Origin: an uncultured Sphaerobacteraceae bacterium | GTDB taxonomy: Bacteria; Chloroflexota; Chloroflexia; Thermomicrobiales; UBA6265 | DNA length: 48,614 nt | NCBI GenBank assembly: GCA_964574825.1 | Contig: CAZNQC010000002.1 | Span: 3,557-52,170, forward strand | Reading direction: 5' to 3' | Shown here: in pieces, positions 1 through 9,221 of the stretch | Layout of the letters: each line of letters starts with the position of its first letter | Position numbering within the stretch: the stretch's first letter is position 1 | The notes under the pieces: generated by a model | Database searches by the model: none | The model's input: the letters and a program-made list of their open reading frames with translations, nothing else | What the model was told of the DNA's origin: nothing | Program-made: the position numbers and the translations under genes

Positions 1-163
1 TGAGGTCAGCGTTGCGGGCCTGTCGCTGGCGGCCGCGACAGGCAGGGCATTGGCCAGGCAGGGGGAGATTGTTGGATTGGCGGAAGTCACGCTCGGCTTC
101 AGTGAGAGCGTACTCGGTGTGACATGTTTCGCAGATGCGGCGTTCGGCCGTGGGGGCGGTCAT
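1..163 (-). CDS. Zinc-ribbon (CxxC...CxxC) domain protein; N-terminal part only, continues past the window edge
   Basis: Reverse strand from ATG (163-161) reads MTAPTAERRICETCHTEYALTEAERDFRQSNNLPLPGQCPACRGRQRQARNADL with no stop up to the window edge. AGGAGAA lies 5 nt upstream of the ATG. The CxxC-x26-CxxCR pattern resembles the small 'probable zinc-ribbon' domain family. It is absent from the ORF track because it is open-ended. Confidence 0.55.
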   Translation of the reverse strand, partial: MTAPTAERRICETCHTEYALTEAERDFRQSNNLPLPGQCPACRGRQRQARNADL

Positions 164-215
164 GGGGCTGTTCTCCTGAGGGCGAGCCTCGTCGCTGGGG
201 ATGGTACCGCACCGG

Positions 216-1211
216 TCAGGCCGACCTGGCGTAGAGCGTGCGAATCACATCCTCAATGGGCGGATCCTCGATGCTGAGGTCGCGAATTGACCCGAACTGA
301 CCCAGCATGCTCATCACCTCCGGCGCACTCCACTGTTGCCGGTCGAACTCCACGCGCAGGCGCGGGCCATCCTGCGAGACCAGGCGAACCGGCAGACGAT
401 CCATCCCGGCGGAGAGGTCGGGAGTTTCCTCAAAGTCGACGATGAGCTGGCGTCCCGAGCCGAATTCGGAGCGCAAGCCGGCCAGGCTCCCGTCGTGCAC
501 GATGTGGCCGTGGTCGATGACGATGATCCGGCGGCAGAGCAGTTCGATGTCCGCCAGATCGTGCGTCGTCAGCAATACGGTCACTCCGGTTTCCTTGTTG
601 AGTGTTGCGAGGAAATCACGAATCCGGGTCTTGGCAACCAGATCGAGCCCAATGGTGGGCTCATCGAGATAGAGAATCGGCGGCTCGTGCAGCAACGCCG
701 CCGCCAGGTCACCGCGCATGCGCTGGCCGAGTGAGAGCTGACGGACCGGGGTAGAGAGGAACGGATCGAGATCGAGCAGCTCACGAGCCATCTCGAAGGT
801 GTGGCGGAACCGGTCGGCTGGCACCTGATACATGTACTGCAGCAGTTCGAGCGACTCGGAGAGGGGGAGATCCCACCACAGCTGCGTGCGCTGTCCGAAG
901 ACGACGCCAATCTGGCTGGCAAGCTGGCGACGCTTCTCCCACGGCACGACTCCAGCCACCGTGGCCGTGCCGCTGGTGGGCACGAGGATTCCGGTCAGCA
1001 TCTTGATCGTGGTGGACTTGCCAGCGCCATTCGGCCCGATGTACCCAACGATCTCGCCAGCAGGAACTTCGAACGAGACATCGCTGACAGCGTGGACTTC
1101 GGTGCCGCTCCGGTCAACGAGCCCGCGCATGGCACCGAGCATGCCTCGCCGCTGCGTGCGCCGCCAGAATGATTTGGAGAGGCCTTCGGCTCGAATGATT
1201 GGTTCGGACAT
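216..1211 (-). CDS. ABC transporter ATP-binding protein (ABC-2 type, uncharacterised exporter)
   Basis: Walker A GPNGAGKST, signature LSLGQRMR and Walker B ILYLDEPT are present. I trimmed the 381-aa ORF to the internal ATG at 1211 (MSEPIIRAEGLSKSF), which matches the usual ABC N-terminus. Confidence 0.85.
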   Translation of the reverse strand: MSEPIIRAEGLSKSFWRRTQRRGMLGAMRGLVDRSGTEVHAVSDVSFEVPAGEIVGYIGPNGAGKSTTIKMLTGILVPTSGTATVAGVVPWEKRRQLASQIGVVFGQRTQLWWDLPLSESLELLQYMYQVPADRFRHTFEMARELLDLDPFLSTPVRQLSLGQRMRGDLAAALLHEPPILYLDEPTIGLDLVAKTRIRDFLATLNKETGVTVLLTTHDLADIELLCRRIIVIDHGHIVHDGSLAGLRSEFGSGRQLIVDFEETPDLSAGMDRLPVRLVSQDGPRLRVEFDRQQWSAPEVMSMLGQFGSIRDLSIEDPPIEDVIRTLYARSA

Positions 1212-1236
1212 GGTTCGCTCCTTCGCTGGGTCGAGG

Positions 1237-2058
1237 TTAGCTACCGGTTGAGTGATAGTGGCGGAGGGCGATGGACCAGCCCCGGGAGATGACGAAGCAG
1301 AACGCGAGCGCCGCCAACGGCGCGACAAATGAGGCAGACCGCGGGAATCCGAGGGGGTCACTCTTGTCGAGCAGGAAGAGCGCAGGATAGTAGGTCAGGA
1401 ATCCAACCGGGATCACGAAGAGGAACAGCACCCGCATTCCTCGCTGGAAAATATTCAGCGGATACTGCGCGAGATCCGAGCCGCCATAGGTGAAGGCATT
1501 GACGGCCTCGACTGAATTGACGGTCCAGAAACTGATGATGGCCTCGACCGTGAACAGCGCCGCAAAGAATGCCGCGCCGGACACGAGGATGATGGGCAGG
1601 TAGGCAACCTTGCCCAGCGTCCAGTTCGTTTCGACCGACGCCATGCCGATTCCCAGCAGCAGGATCCCCTGCGCCAGCAGGCCGAAATGGCGAAGCGAGA
1701 CTTCATTCACCATCGACTGCACGTAGCTCGACATTGGCCGAATCAGGGTTCGGTCGAACGTCCCCTCCCGGATCAGGTCGGGAACGGATTGGATGCCGTT
1801 GGAGACCGTGTCGCCCAGGGCGAACATGACCATGGCCAGGCCATGCAGGAAGATGACTTCGGCCAGGTTCCAGCCGCCCAGGTTATCGAAATGCTGGAAC
1901 AGCGACCAGAGGACGATGACTTCCGCGAAGTTGACGATGAAGTTGCCGCCGATCTGCATGATGAACGACGAGCGGTACTGCATTTGCCCGCGCAGGCGCA
2001 GCGCGGCAATGCGGAGGGCAACCCGAATGTCGTGCCTGAGGTCGTGAACTCTATCCAC
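1237..2058 (-). CDS. ABC-2 family transporter permease (DUF990-like)
   Basis: Polytopic hydrophobic protein directly upstream of the ATPase. The N-terminal pattern ...LRGQMQYRSSFIMQIGGNF is typical of ABC-2 membrane_6-type permeases. I chose GTG 2058, which overlaps the upstream stop by 8 nt. The track start at 2091 is TTG. Confidence 0.65.
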   Translation of the reverse strand: MDRVHDLRHDIRVALRIAALRLRGQMQYRSSFIMQIGGNFIVNFAEVIVLWSLFQHFDNLGGWNLAEVIFLHGLAMVMFALGDTVSNGIQSVPDLIREGTFDRTLIRPMSSYVQSMVNEVSLRHFGLLAQGILLLGIGMASVETNWTLGKVAYLPIILVSGAAFFAALFTVEAIISFWTVNSVEAVNAFTYGGSDLAQYPLNIFQRGMRVLFLFVIPVGFLTYYPALFLLDKSDPLGFPRSASFVAPLAALAFCFVISRGWSIALRHYHSTGS

Positions 2059-2848
2059 CCTGCACCACCAGTTGGCGTTCGCCCACGCCAAGCAGAAACT
2101 TTGCCCCGAAGACCATCACCACGATCCAGAACACTTGCAGCCCGAGCCCGTACCAGATCGAAATCTGGCCGAGATAGACCTCGCCGGGAATCATGATCAC
2201 CGCCCGGAAGGGCAGCAGATTGGCGGCATCCCGGAGGGGGCCGGGCAGGAAGGCAAGCGGTGCCAGCATGCCCGAAAGCAGGTTGATGGTGGCGATGTAG
2301 AGGAATGCGAGCCCTCGGTAGTCGATGACCCAGAAGCCGAAGGTGTTGAAGATGAACCGCAGGCAGAAACTGGCCGTCACCGCCAGGCCGGTCGAAACCA
2401 GGAACGCGACTGCACGAGCGGGGGACTCCGGCATCAGGACATCGAACGTCAGGACACCAATGAGAAAGGTAGGAATCCCACGCAGGAAGAAATGGGCCAG
2501 CGCACGGCCAAGGTCCCGCGACAACCAGTAGGTGAAGTAGTCGTAGGGCTTGAGCAGTTCGGTGGCAATCGCCCCGGTTTCGATTGCCCGCGTCACTTCC
2601 CACCAACCCCAGAGAAAGACGGTCATCAGGAGCGACTGGTTGAGCCAGACGAGGGTGACGGTCTGGTCGCGCGTCCACCCTTCCACCGCCGTGTTGCCGC
2701 CATCACCCTGTGACCGGTAGAGGGCGAGGAAGACGGAGGCGATCATGATGCCGAAGACCCCGTTGGTGAAAATCCCGGCCAGGGTCGCCGCCCGATAGGT
2801 GATCGTTTGCTGGAACGACCGTCGCGCCAGTTCCACATAAAGTCGCAT
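2051..2848 (-). CDS. ABC-2 family transporter permease (second subunit)
   Basis: Paralogous polytopic protein (MRLYVELARRSFQQTITYRAATLAGIF...). The ATG at 2848 is preceded by GGGAGGTGA. It is the first gene of the permease-permease-ATPase operon. Confidence 0.7.
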   Translation of the reverse strand: MRLYVELARRSFQQTITYRAATLAGIFTNGVFGIMIASVFLALYRSQGDGGNTAVEGWTRDQTVTLVWLNQSLLMTVFLWGWWEVTRAIETGAIATELLKPYDYFTYWLSRDLGRALAHFFLRGIPTFLIGVLTFDVLMPESPARAVAFLVSTGLAVTASFCLRFIFNTFGFWVIDYRGLAFLYIATINLLSGMLAPLAFLPGPLRDAANLLPFRAVIMIPGEVYLGQISIWYGLGLQVFWIVVMVFGAKFLLGVGERQLVVQGG

Positions 2849-3082
2849 CGTCACCTCCCGCATGCTGCCAAATGGCAGCCCAAATAACCGGAACGAGTCC
2901 GGCGGCACACGTCACGCCCCGGTGCTGCCAGCACCGAGGTGTCTGATTCCGATTCCTTCGCCAACACGCGATTTGGCCGGTTGGCCAGGATGCGCGGGCG
3001 AAGGGGACAGGCATAATACACCAGTCGGAGGGCCGAGACGAATGCGGTCCCATGTATCCCAATGTTGTGAGGATGACGATCC

Positions 3083-4924
3083 ATGTCTGCGACAGCTGCC
3101 AACCAGATTCCAACCCGTGACCAGATTGCAATTGAGGACACGTGGGATCTCACCACCATCTTTCCAGATGAAGCGAGATGGACTGCCGAGCTGGAGACGG
3201 TGCCGGGCAAGATCGAACTGGCGGCCAGCTACCGCGGACGCCTGGGCGAATCGGCGGCCATCCTCCAGCAGGCGATCGAGTCGGTGTTCGACCTGGAGCT
3301 GACGATCTCGCGGCTGGCGGTCTACGCCAGCCTGCGGCGGGATGAGGACACGTCCAGCACCGAAGCGACATCGCGTTACGAACGAGCGGTGTTCGCCTCG
3401 ATTCAGGCAGGTGAAGCACTGGCCTTCCTCCAGCCCGAAATCCTGGCCCTGCCGGATGCGACGCTGGAGGCGTATGTTGCCGATCCGGTGCTGGAACCGT
3501 ATCGCCACATGCTCGAAGACCTGCTCCGCAGCCGGGCGCACATTCGGTCGGAAGAGGTCGAAGAAGTCCTGGCCCAGCTGGCGGATGTCAGTCGCGCACC
3601 CTCTGAAGCCTTTGGCATGCTGGATAACGCCGACCTTCGCTTTGGCGAGGTGCATGACGACGAGGGCAACTGGATCACGCTCTCGAAGGCCCGGTATGGC
3701 AAGTTGATGGAGAGCCAGAACCGGGAGGTGCGGCGCGAGGCCTTTGAGAAGATGGCCGAGGCCTATCAGTCCCACGCCAACACGATTGCGGCCCTGCACG
3801 GTGCTTCGGTGCGAAAGGATGTCGCCGCGGCCCGGATTCGGGGATATGACTCCGCGCTTGGAGACGCCCTGTTTGGTGACAATCTGCCGATGTCGGTCTA
3901 CACGAGCCTGTTGGACGTGGTGCGGGAACACTCCGGGCTGGTCGAGCGATCGATGGACCTTCGGCGCCGGGTATTGGGCGTCGACCCGCTCGAACGATAT
4001 GACCTCCGGGTGCCACTGGCCGCCGCCGTGAACCGCACATACGACTATCGCGAGGGCGTGGACGTGGTGCTGGCGGGTGTTGGCGCGCTGGGCGAGACCT
4101 ACGCTGGTGACCTGCGGCAGGGGTTCGATTCCAGGTGGGTCGACGTGCACGAAACCCAGAACAAGCGCTCTGGCGCCTATTCCTGGGGCGTTTATGGCGC
4201 ACCGCCGGTCATGCTGATGAACTGGAACGGCACGCTGAATGATGTGTTTACGCTGGCCCATGAGGCTGGGCATGCGATGCACACGTTCTACGCCAACAAT
4301 GCCCAGCCGTTCCACGCCGCCGGGTACCCCATCTTCCTGGCGGAGATTGCCTCGACCGTCAATGAGGTGCTGCTGACCTGGAACCTGCTCGGCTCGGACG
4401 CGGGCAGCGATCCGCTGGTGCGGTTCTCGCTCCTGAACCGGTTCGTGGAGGGCTTCGAGGGAACGATTGTCAATCAGACGATGTACGCCGACTTCGAGTT
4501 GCGGACGCACACCGCGGCCGAGGCCGGACAACCGTTGACCCGGGAGTTCCTGACCGAGCAGTTCGGCGAGGTTCAGCGGATCTACAACCCGGGCGTGGTG
4601 GTGAATGAGCAGACTGCCATCCACTGGGCGCGAGTTCCACACTTCTTCCGGGCGTTCTACGTCTTCAAGTACGCCACCGGTCTGGCGTCGGCCATCAACA
4701 TTGCCCGGGCCGTGCGTGACGAGGGCGAGCCGGCGCGAGAACGGTATCTGGCGATGCTGGCCGCTGGCGGGTCCGACTATCCGCTCAATCTGCTGAAACA
4801 GGCCGGTGTCGACCTCTCGACGCCGGAACCGGTCCGGATTGCGTTCGAGGAGTATGAGGCCGCACTCGCCGAGATGGAGCGCCTGGTGAACGAGGGTGTG
4901 CTGGAGCAGGTCGCCAATGCCTGA
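3083..4924 (+). CDS. pepF: Oligoendopeptidase F (M3B metallopeptidase)
   Basis: 613 aa with the HEAGH zinc motif (LAHEAGHAMH) and a length and layout typical of PepF. GAGGA lies upstream of the ATG. Confidence 0.88.
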   Translation: MSATAANQIPTRDQIAIEDTWDLTTIFPDEARWTAELETVPGKIELAASYRGRLGESAAILQQAIESVFDLELTISRLAVYASLRRDEDTSSTEATSRYERAVFASIQAGEALAFLQPEILALPDATLEAYVADPVLEPYRHMLEDLLRSRAHIRSEEVEEVLAQLADVSRAPSEAFGMLDNADLRFGEVHDDEGNWITLSKARYGKLMESQNREVRREAFEKMAEAYQSHANTIAALHGASVRKDVAAARIRGYDSALGDALFGDNLPMSVYTSLLDVVREHSGLVERSMDLRRRVLGVDPLERYDLRVPLAAAVNRTYDYREGVDVVLAGVGALGETYAGDLRQGFDSRWVDVHETQNKRSGAYSWGVYGAPPVMLMNWNGTLNDVFTLAHEAGHAMHTFYANNAQPFHAAGYPIFLAEIASTVNEVLLTWNLLGSDAGSDPLVRFSLLNRFVEGFEGTIVNQTMYADFELRTHTAAEAGQPLTREFLTEQFGEVQRIYNPGVVVNEQTAIHWARVPHFFRAFYVFKYATGLASAINIARAVRDEGEPARERYLAMLAAGGSDYPLNLLKQAGVDLSTPEPVRIAFEEYEAALAEMERLVNEGVLEQVANA

Positions 4925-6113
4925 TCCTCATCCGCGCCCGATTGGCGCTGCTCGAATCCAGCAGTTCCGGGAAACCGTGTTCGCGGAGATGAGTGCGCTG
5001 TCGGCCCAGTATGGCGCGGTCAACCTCGGGCAGGGGTTTCCTGACTTCGCGGCGCCGGACTTCGTCAAAGAGGCCGCGAAACGGGCGATTGACGCTGACC
5101 ATAACCAGTACGCGCATCCGCATGGGGTGCTGGCCCTGCGGGAGGCGGTGGCGGCCGATTGGGGGAACCGATTCGGCGTCGAGATCGATCCGGTTCGGCA
5201 GGTGACGGTGACGTCCGGAGCGACCGAGGCGATCTTTGACATCATCCAGGCGTTGCTGGATCCAGGTGATGAGCTGGTCGTCTTCGAGCCGTTCTACGAC
5301 TCCTACCCGGCCTCGGTGACGATGGCAGGCGGGGTGATGAAGGCGGTTCGTCTTCAGGCACCAGACTGGACATTCGAGCCAGGCGACCTGGAAGCCGCGG
5401 TCTCGCCGAGAACTCGCGCGATCCTGCTCAATACCCCGCACAACCCGACCGGAAAGGTCTTCTCGCGCGAGGACCTGGAACTCATCGCCGACGTGGCCCA
5501 ACGGCACGATCTGCTGGTGATTACCGACGAGGTCTACGACCGGATCGTGTTCGACGGCGTGGAGCACATTCCGATCGCGACGCTGCCGGGGATGTGGGAG
5601 CGGACGCTGACCTTGAACTCGGTCGGCAAGACCTTTTCGGTGACCGGTTGGAAGGTTGGCTACGCCATTGGACCGGAATCGTTGGTCGGCGCCCTGCGGT
5701 CGGTCCATCAATGGGTGACGTTTGCGACCGCAACCCCGTTCCAGGTGGCCATGGCCGAGGCGATGGTGGTGGCAGAAGGAAACGGGTACTACCAGCACTT
5801 GACGGAGGCGTACACCGAGCGTCGAACCATTCTGGAAGCGGCGCTGTCAGATGCGGGGCTGCCAGTGTTGTACACGGCGGGATCGTACTTCCTGATGGCG
5901 AGCTTCGCGGAATGGGGTGTTCACACCGATGTCGAGTTCAGCCGGTTTCTGATCACCGAGATCGGTGTGACCCCAATTCCGCCATCGGCGTTCTACGTCG
6001 ATCCTGCCACGGCGCCCCAACTCGTGCGATTCTGCTTTGCGAAGGAACTCTCGACGTTGCGGGAAGCGGGTCAGCGACTGCAGCTCCTCACATCAGCCCA
6101 ACTCAACGGGTAA
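4917..6113 (+). CDS. Class I/II PLP aminotransferase (YbdL / kynurenine-methionine aminotransferase-like)
   Basis: Contains NLGQGFPDF, NTPHNPTGKVF and NSVGKTFSVTGWKVGY (PLP-lysine context). ATG 4917 overlaps the pepF stop (ATGCCTGA), which suggests translational coupling. The track start at 4896 is GTG. Confidence 0.8.
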   Translation: MPDPHPRPIGAARIQQFRETVFAEMSALSAQYGAVNLGQGFPDFAAPDFVKEAAKRAIDADHNQYAHPHGVLALREAVAADWGNRFGVEIDPVRQVTVTSGATEAIFDIIQALLDPGDELVVFEPFYDSYPASVTMAGGVMKAVRLQAPDWTFEPGDLEAAVSPRTRAILLNTPHNPTGKVFSREDLELIADVAQRHDLLVITDEVYDRIVFDGVEHIPIATLPGMWERTLTLNSVGKTFSVTGWKVGYAIGPESLVGALRSVHQWVTFATATPFQVAMAEAMVVAEGNGYYQHLTEAYTERRTILEAALSDAGLPVLYTAGSYFLMASFAEWGVHTDVEFSRFLITEIGVTPIPPSAFYVDPATAPQLVRFCFAKELSTLREAGQRLQLLTSAQLNG

Positions 6114-6132
6114 CCGAAAGGACATAACGAAC

Positions 6133-6777
6133 ATGGCGGTATCGGTGGAACGAATGGAAGCGGCAGGCGTGATCGCCATCATTCGCCTGGATGACTACTC
6201 CCGGGCGGTCGAATTGACGGAAGCGTTGCTGGCGGGCGGGATCGACGTCGTTGAGTTCACCTACACGAATCCGGCAGCTGGAGATGCGATTGCGGCCGTC
6301 AAGCAGGCGCTCGGCGACAAGGTGCTGGCGGGCGCGGGCACGGTGCTCGATCCCGAGACGGCACGGGCGGCGATCATCCAGGGTGCCGACCTGATCGTGA
6401 CACCGACCGTGAATGTCGAGACGATTCGACTTTGTCAACGCTATAGCGTGCCGACCGTGATTGGGGCGTTCACCCCGACCGAGATCCTGACGGCCTGGGA
6501 GGCGGGGGCGACGTTCGTTAAGGTCTTCCCGGCCAGTGCGGTCGGCGCACGCTACCTGAAGGATGTCCGTGGGCCCCTGCCGCAGGTCCGATTGATCCCC
6601 ACCGGGGGTGTAAGCGCCGAGAACGCCGGCGACTTCATCAAGGCGGGCGCGCGAGCCGTTGCCCTCGGCAGCAACCTGGTCGATGGCGTTTCCGTGGCCA
6701 AGGGAGATTGGGACACCATCACGGGGCGGGCGCAAGCGGCTGTCGAAGCGGTTCGGGCAGCACGCGCGGCAATTTGA
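6133..6777 (+). CDS. eda: 2-dehydro-3-deoxyphosphogluconate / 4-hydroxy-2-oxoglutarate aldolase
   Basis: About 214 aa. Motifs AGVIAIIRLDD...GGIDVVEFTYTNP...GAGTVLD...VKVFPA...IPTGGV are typical of KDPG aldolases. I trimmed the ORF to ATG 6133, which has AAAGGA upstream. Confidence 0.82.
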   Translation: MAVSVERMEAAGVIAIIRLDDYSRAVELTEALLAGGIDVVEFTYTNPAAGDAIAAVKQALGDKVLAGAGTVLDPETARAAIIQGADLIVTPTVNVETIRLCQRYSVPTVIGAFTPTEILTAWEAGATFVKVFPASAVGARYLKDVRGPLPQVRLIPTGGVSAENAGDFIKAGARAVALGSNLVDGVSVAKGDWDTITGRAQAAVEAVRAARAAI

Positions 6778-6858
6778 CCACCGACACCCTACACTTGCGA
6801 ACAACGATAGACGCCCCGCCGTGAGATCCGCCGCACGGCCAACTTCGGGAACAGCATC

Positions 6859-7152
6859 ATGGCAGAGAACCACATCCGAATTCCGCTCCTGAAGCGGTTG
6901 GCCGAGCAGGCGATGTCCGACCAGAGTTTCCGCGAAGCCGCCCGCATCGACCTCGACGCAGCGCTGATCAAGTATGGCTACGACCTGAACGATGTGGAAC
7001 TGCCGCTGGTGCACCGATTCCGGGATGCCCTGGCGGAGGCAGGTGTTGACCTGGCTTTGGCCTCGGAGTTGAGCCTGGAGTTCGACGATGACCTCAGCCT
7101 GGATGACGTGGAGCGGTTGGAATCGGCCTTGCGGTCAAGTTCAGAGGGCTGA
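6859..7152 (+). CDS. Small acidic protein with an NHLP/Nif11-like N-terminal helical region (hypothetical)
   Basis: 97 aa. The N-terminus LLKRLAEQAMSDQSFREAARIDLDAALIKYGYDLNDVELPLV resembles leader-like domains of the nitrile-hydratase-leader-peptide clan. The C-terminus is very acidic and has no Cys. The RBS is weak. It is the last gene before the hairpin at 7188-7232. Confidence 0.5.
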   Translation: MAENHIRIPLLKRLAEQAMSDQSFREAARIDLDAALIKYGYDLNDVELPLVHRFRDALAEAGVDLALASELSLEFDDDLSLDDVERLESALRSSSEG

Positions 7153-7187
7153 TCGCACAGGACCGTCCAATCGGATTAGGGGCACAC

Positions 7188-7232
7188 AAGAGGAGCCGGA
7201 AGCTGCTACCTATGCAGCTTCCGGCTCCTCTT
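7188..7232. terminator. Bidirectional terminator hairpin between convergent genes
   Basis: Perfect 19-bp stem aagaggagccggaagctgc / gcagcttccggctcctctt with a 7-nt loop, located between the stops at 7152 (+) and 7257 (-). There is no long T-tract on either side. Confidence 0.6.
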
Positions 7233-7256
7233 GTGTGACGCAGGTGGTGGTCAAGC

Positions 7257-8372
7257 TCAGGAAGCGCTGGCTGCCTCGCGAACCTCCTCCGGCTTGATGG
7301 TGCCGTCGCGCAGGCCCTCGCGGATTTCGAGGTAGGGCTGGTAGCGATCGTAGAGCGTGACCAGAATCGAAATCAGGAAGAGGTAGAAGATCGTTGCTCC
7401 GGCGGGAATGACGGTTGCCTCACCGTGGACGATCAGGCGGTAGACAAACACGATGCCAAGGTTGATACCGGCGACCACGAAGAACTCGACGACCATCGAT
7501 TCCCAGCCGTAGCCACGGCGCGCCAGCCATTCCGAAACGAGTGTGTTCAGGACGATCAGCACGCTGACGGCAATCACGAGTTGGCCGACCGACATCCGCA
7601 GGCCCGGCAGGATCTGGGAGAAGATGCCGCAGATGAGTCCAACCAGGATCACCTTCTCGGCCAGGGCGAGATCGAACACGCTGCGAGTCCGGATCTTCGT
7701 CTGGAGTGCGCGGTACGTCGCATCGCCAAACGGATCATCCACCACCAGCGAGAAGCGATGGTCGGCGGGTGGGCAGCGTTTGACGACGATCCACCAGGCA
7801 AGCACGATCAGGGCAACGATCAGGACGGCCAGGATCGGGATCAGGTCCGGATTCTCATGGAGTGTGTCCGTCACGTCCAGTTGGGCGATGTGAATCCAGT
7901 ATTCCTGCGGAATCTTGATGCCGAACCAGATGACGGAGGCTGCGATCACGACGAGCGTCGAGCCCATCCGGACAGGATTCCAGCGTGTGCGCACGGCTTC
8001 GTAGAAGATGAAGAAGTACTCGAACGTGTTCGGGAAGAAGAGGAGCAGCGCGCGCAGGTGGCTCGCCTCGAACAGGACGACCCCGATCAGCCGGAAGTAG
8101 TAGAGGAAGCGGCTGACATCGAAGGCAAAGATGTTGTCCCAGTTGCGGAACGTGGACAGATAGGCGATGGCCAGATAATAGATATCCAGAGCCTTGTCAT
8201 AAGACTGGTAACCATCGAGATTGAGATCGGTGAATTTCTGGAAGACCGTCTGATCGACACCATCGATGATCAGGCAGGCGATGATGGCCGGTAGCGGAAA
8301 TCGTGGAATCAGTAACGGCACGAACAGGCGCAGTCCGCAGACAAACGCAAAAATCAGCATGTCGTTTGACAT
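7257..8372 (-). CDS. Uncharacterised polytopic membrane protein
   Basis: 371 aa from ATG 8372, with GAGGGAG upstream. Hydrophobic segments of TM length recur along the whole protein. I recognise no family motif. Confidence 0.6.
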   Translation of the reverse strand: MSNDMLIFAFVCGLRLFVPLLIPRFPLPAIIACLIIDGVDQTVFQKFTDLNLDGYQSYDKALDIYYLAIAYLSTFRNWDNIFAFDVSRFLYYFRLIGVVLFEASHLRALLLFFPNTFEYFFIFYEAVRTRWNPVRMGSTLVVIAASVIWFGIKIPQEYWIHIAQLDVTDTLHENPDLIPILAVLIVALIVLAWWIVVKRCPPADHRFSLVVDDPFGDATYRALQTKIRTRSVFDLALAEKVILVGLICGIFSQILPGLRMSVGQLVIAVSVLIVLNTLVSEWLARRGYGWESMVVEFFVVAGINLGIVFVYRLIVHGEATVIPAGATIFYLFLISILVTLYDRYQPYLEIREGLRDGTIKPEEVREAASAS

Positions 8373-8520
8373 GGATGCTCCCTCGGCCTCCCCAGGCCAC
8401 GCAACTCCCGTTCGGGGCACAATTACCGCGAATCGGGCGCCATATCCACCCATTTTGTCCCGTGAAGGTGACTCTTGTCAGCCCATGTGCTCCATACCGA
8501 ATGGCGCAGTTTTGGCGGAA

Positions 8521-9186
8521 TTACCCGTTTTGATCCGGCATTGTTCCAAACAGCCGGTCGCCAGCGTCACCCAGGCCGGGCCGGATGTAGCGATTCACGT
8601 CGAGCTCACGATCGAGCGCCGCCACGTGCATCTGGATGTCGGGATGGTGGCGGTAGACATTCTGGGCACCCTCCGGGGCGGCAATGATGCCGACAAACTT
8701 GATCCAGGACGCGCCCCACTCCTTGAGCACGCTGATGGCATCGACTGCCGAGCCTCCCGTTGCCAGCATCGGGTCGAGCACGATGACGAGGTCGTCGGGG
8801 CAGGTTGGCGGAAGTTTGTTGTAGTACGACACCGGCCGGTGGGTCGACTCGTCCCGGTACATGCCGAGATGCCAGACCCGTGCCTTGGGCAGGATGTCGG
8901 CAGACGCCTCAACCATGCCCAAACCGGCGCGCAGAATCGGCACCAGACCGATATCGATATTGACCTTCTGCCCCATCGTGCGCTCCAGTGGTGTGTCGAA
9001 GGCGTGGGCGCCGGTGGGAAGATCGAGCGTGGCTTCATAGAGCAGAAGGGCCGAGAGTTCCCGCACCAGCTCCCGGAATGTTTTCGTATCGGTCCTGACA
9101 TCCGAGAGCACGGTTCGCTTGTGCTGCACCAGCGGATGCTGACTGACGTGCAGCGTGGGGATTCCGGGGTGATGGGATTGATTCAT
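8521..9186 (-). CDS. upp: Uracil phosphoribosyltransferase
   Basis: Contains LVPILRAGLGM, the PRPP loop VIVLDPMLATGGSA and the C-terminal IRPGLGDAGDRLFGT, all typical of Upp. I trimmed the ORF to ATG 9186. Confidence 0.9.
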   Translation of the reverse strand: MNQSHHPGIPTLHVSQHPLVQHKRTVLSDVRTDTKTFRELVRELSALLLYEATLDLPTGAHAFDTPLERTMGQKVNIDIGLVPILRAGLGMVEASADILPKARVWHLGMYRDESTHRPVSYYNKLPPTCPDDLVIVLDPMLATGGSAVDAISVLKEWGASWIKFVGIIAAPEGAQNVYRHHPDIQMHVAALDRELDVNRYIRPGLGDAGDRLFGTMPDQNG

Positions 9187-9221
9187 CCGGCATGCGCTCC
9201 ACAACTCAGGGAGAGGGTAGG

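Noticed and set aside
2912-4642. A 576-aa ORF antisense to pepF. Similar long antisense ORFs occur at 11501-12637, 22452-23609, 27333-28526, 31428-32579, 36571-37782, 40210-41310 and 45404-46681.
   Set aside because: Each lies fully inside, and opposite to, a gene with unmistakable family motifs. Their translations are Arg/Gly/Pro/His-rich low-complexity sequence with no motifs. This is the expected stop-codon-poor antisense frame of a high-GC genome.
6859-8372. A RiPP biosynthetic cluster built around the NHLP-like small protein.
   Set aside because: No maturase, radical-SAM enzyme, YcaO, lanthipeptide synthetase or peptidase-domain ABC exporter lies within reach. The putative core has no Cys. 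The adjacent membrane protein is convergent, not co-transcribed. I kept only the low-key observation about the small protein.
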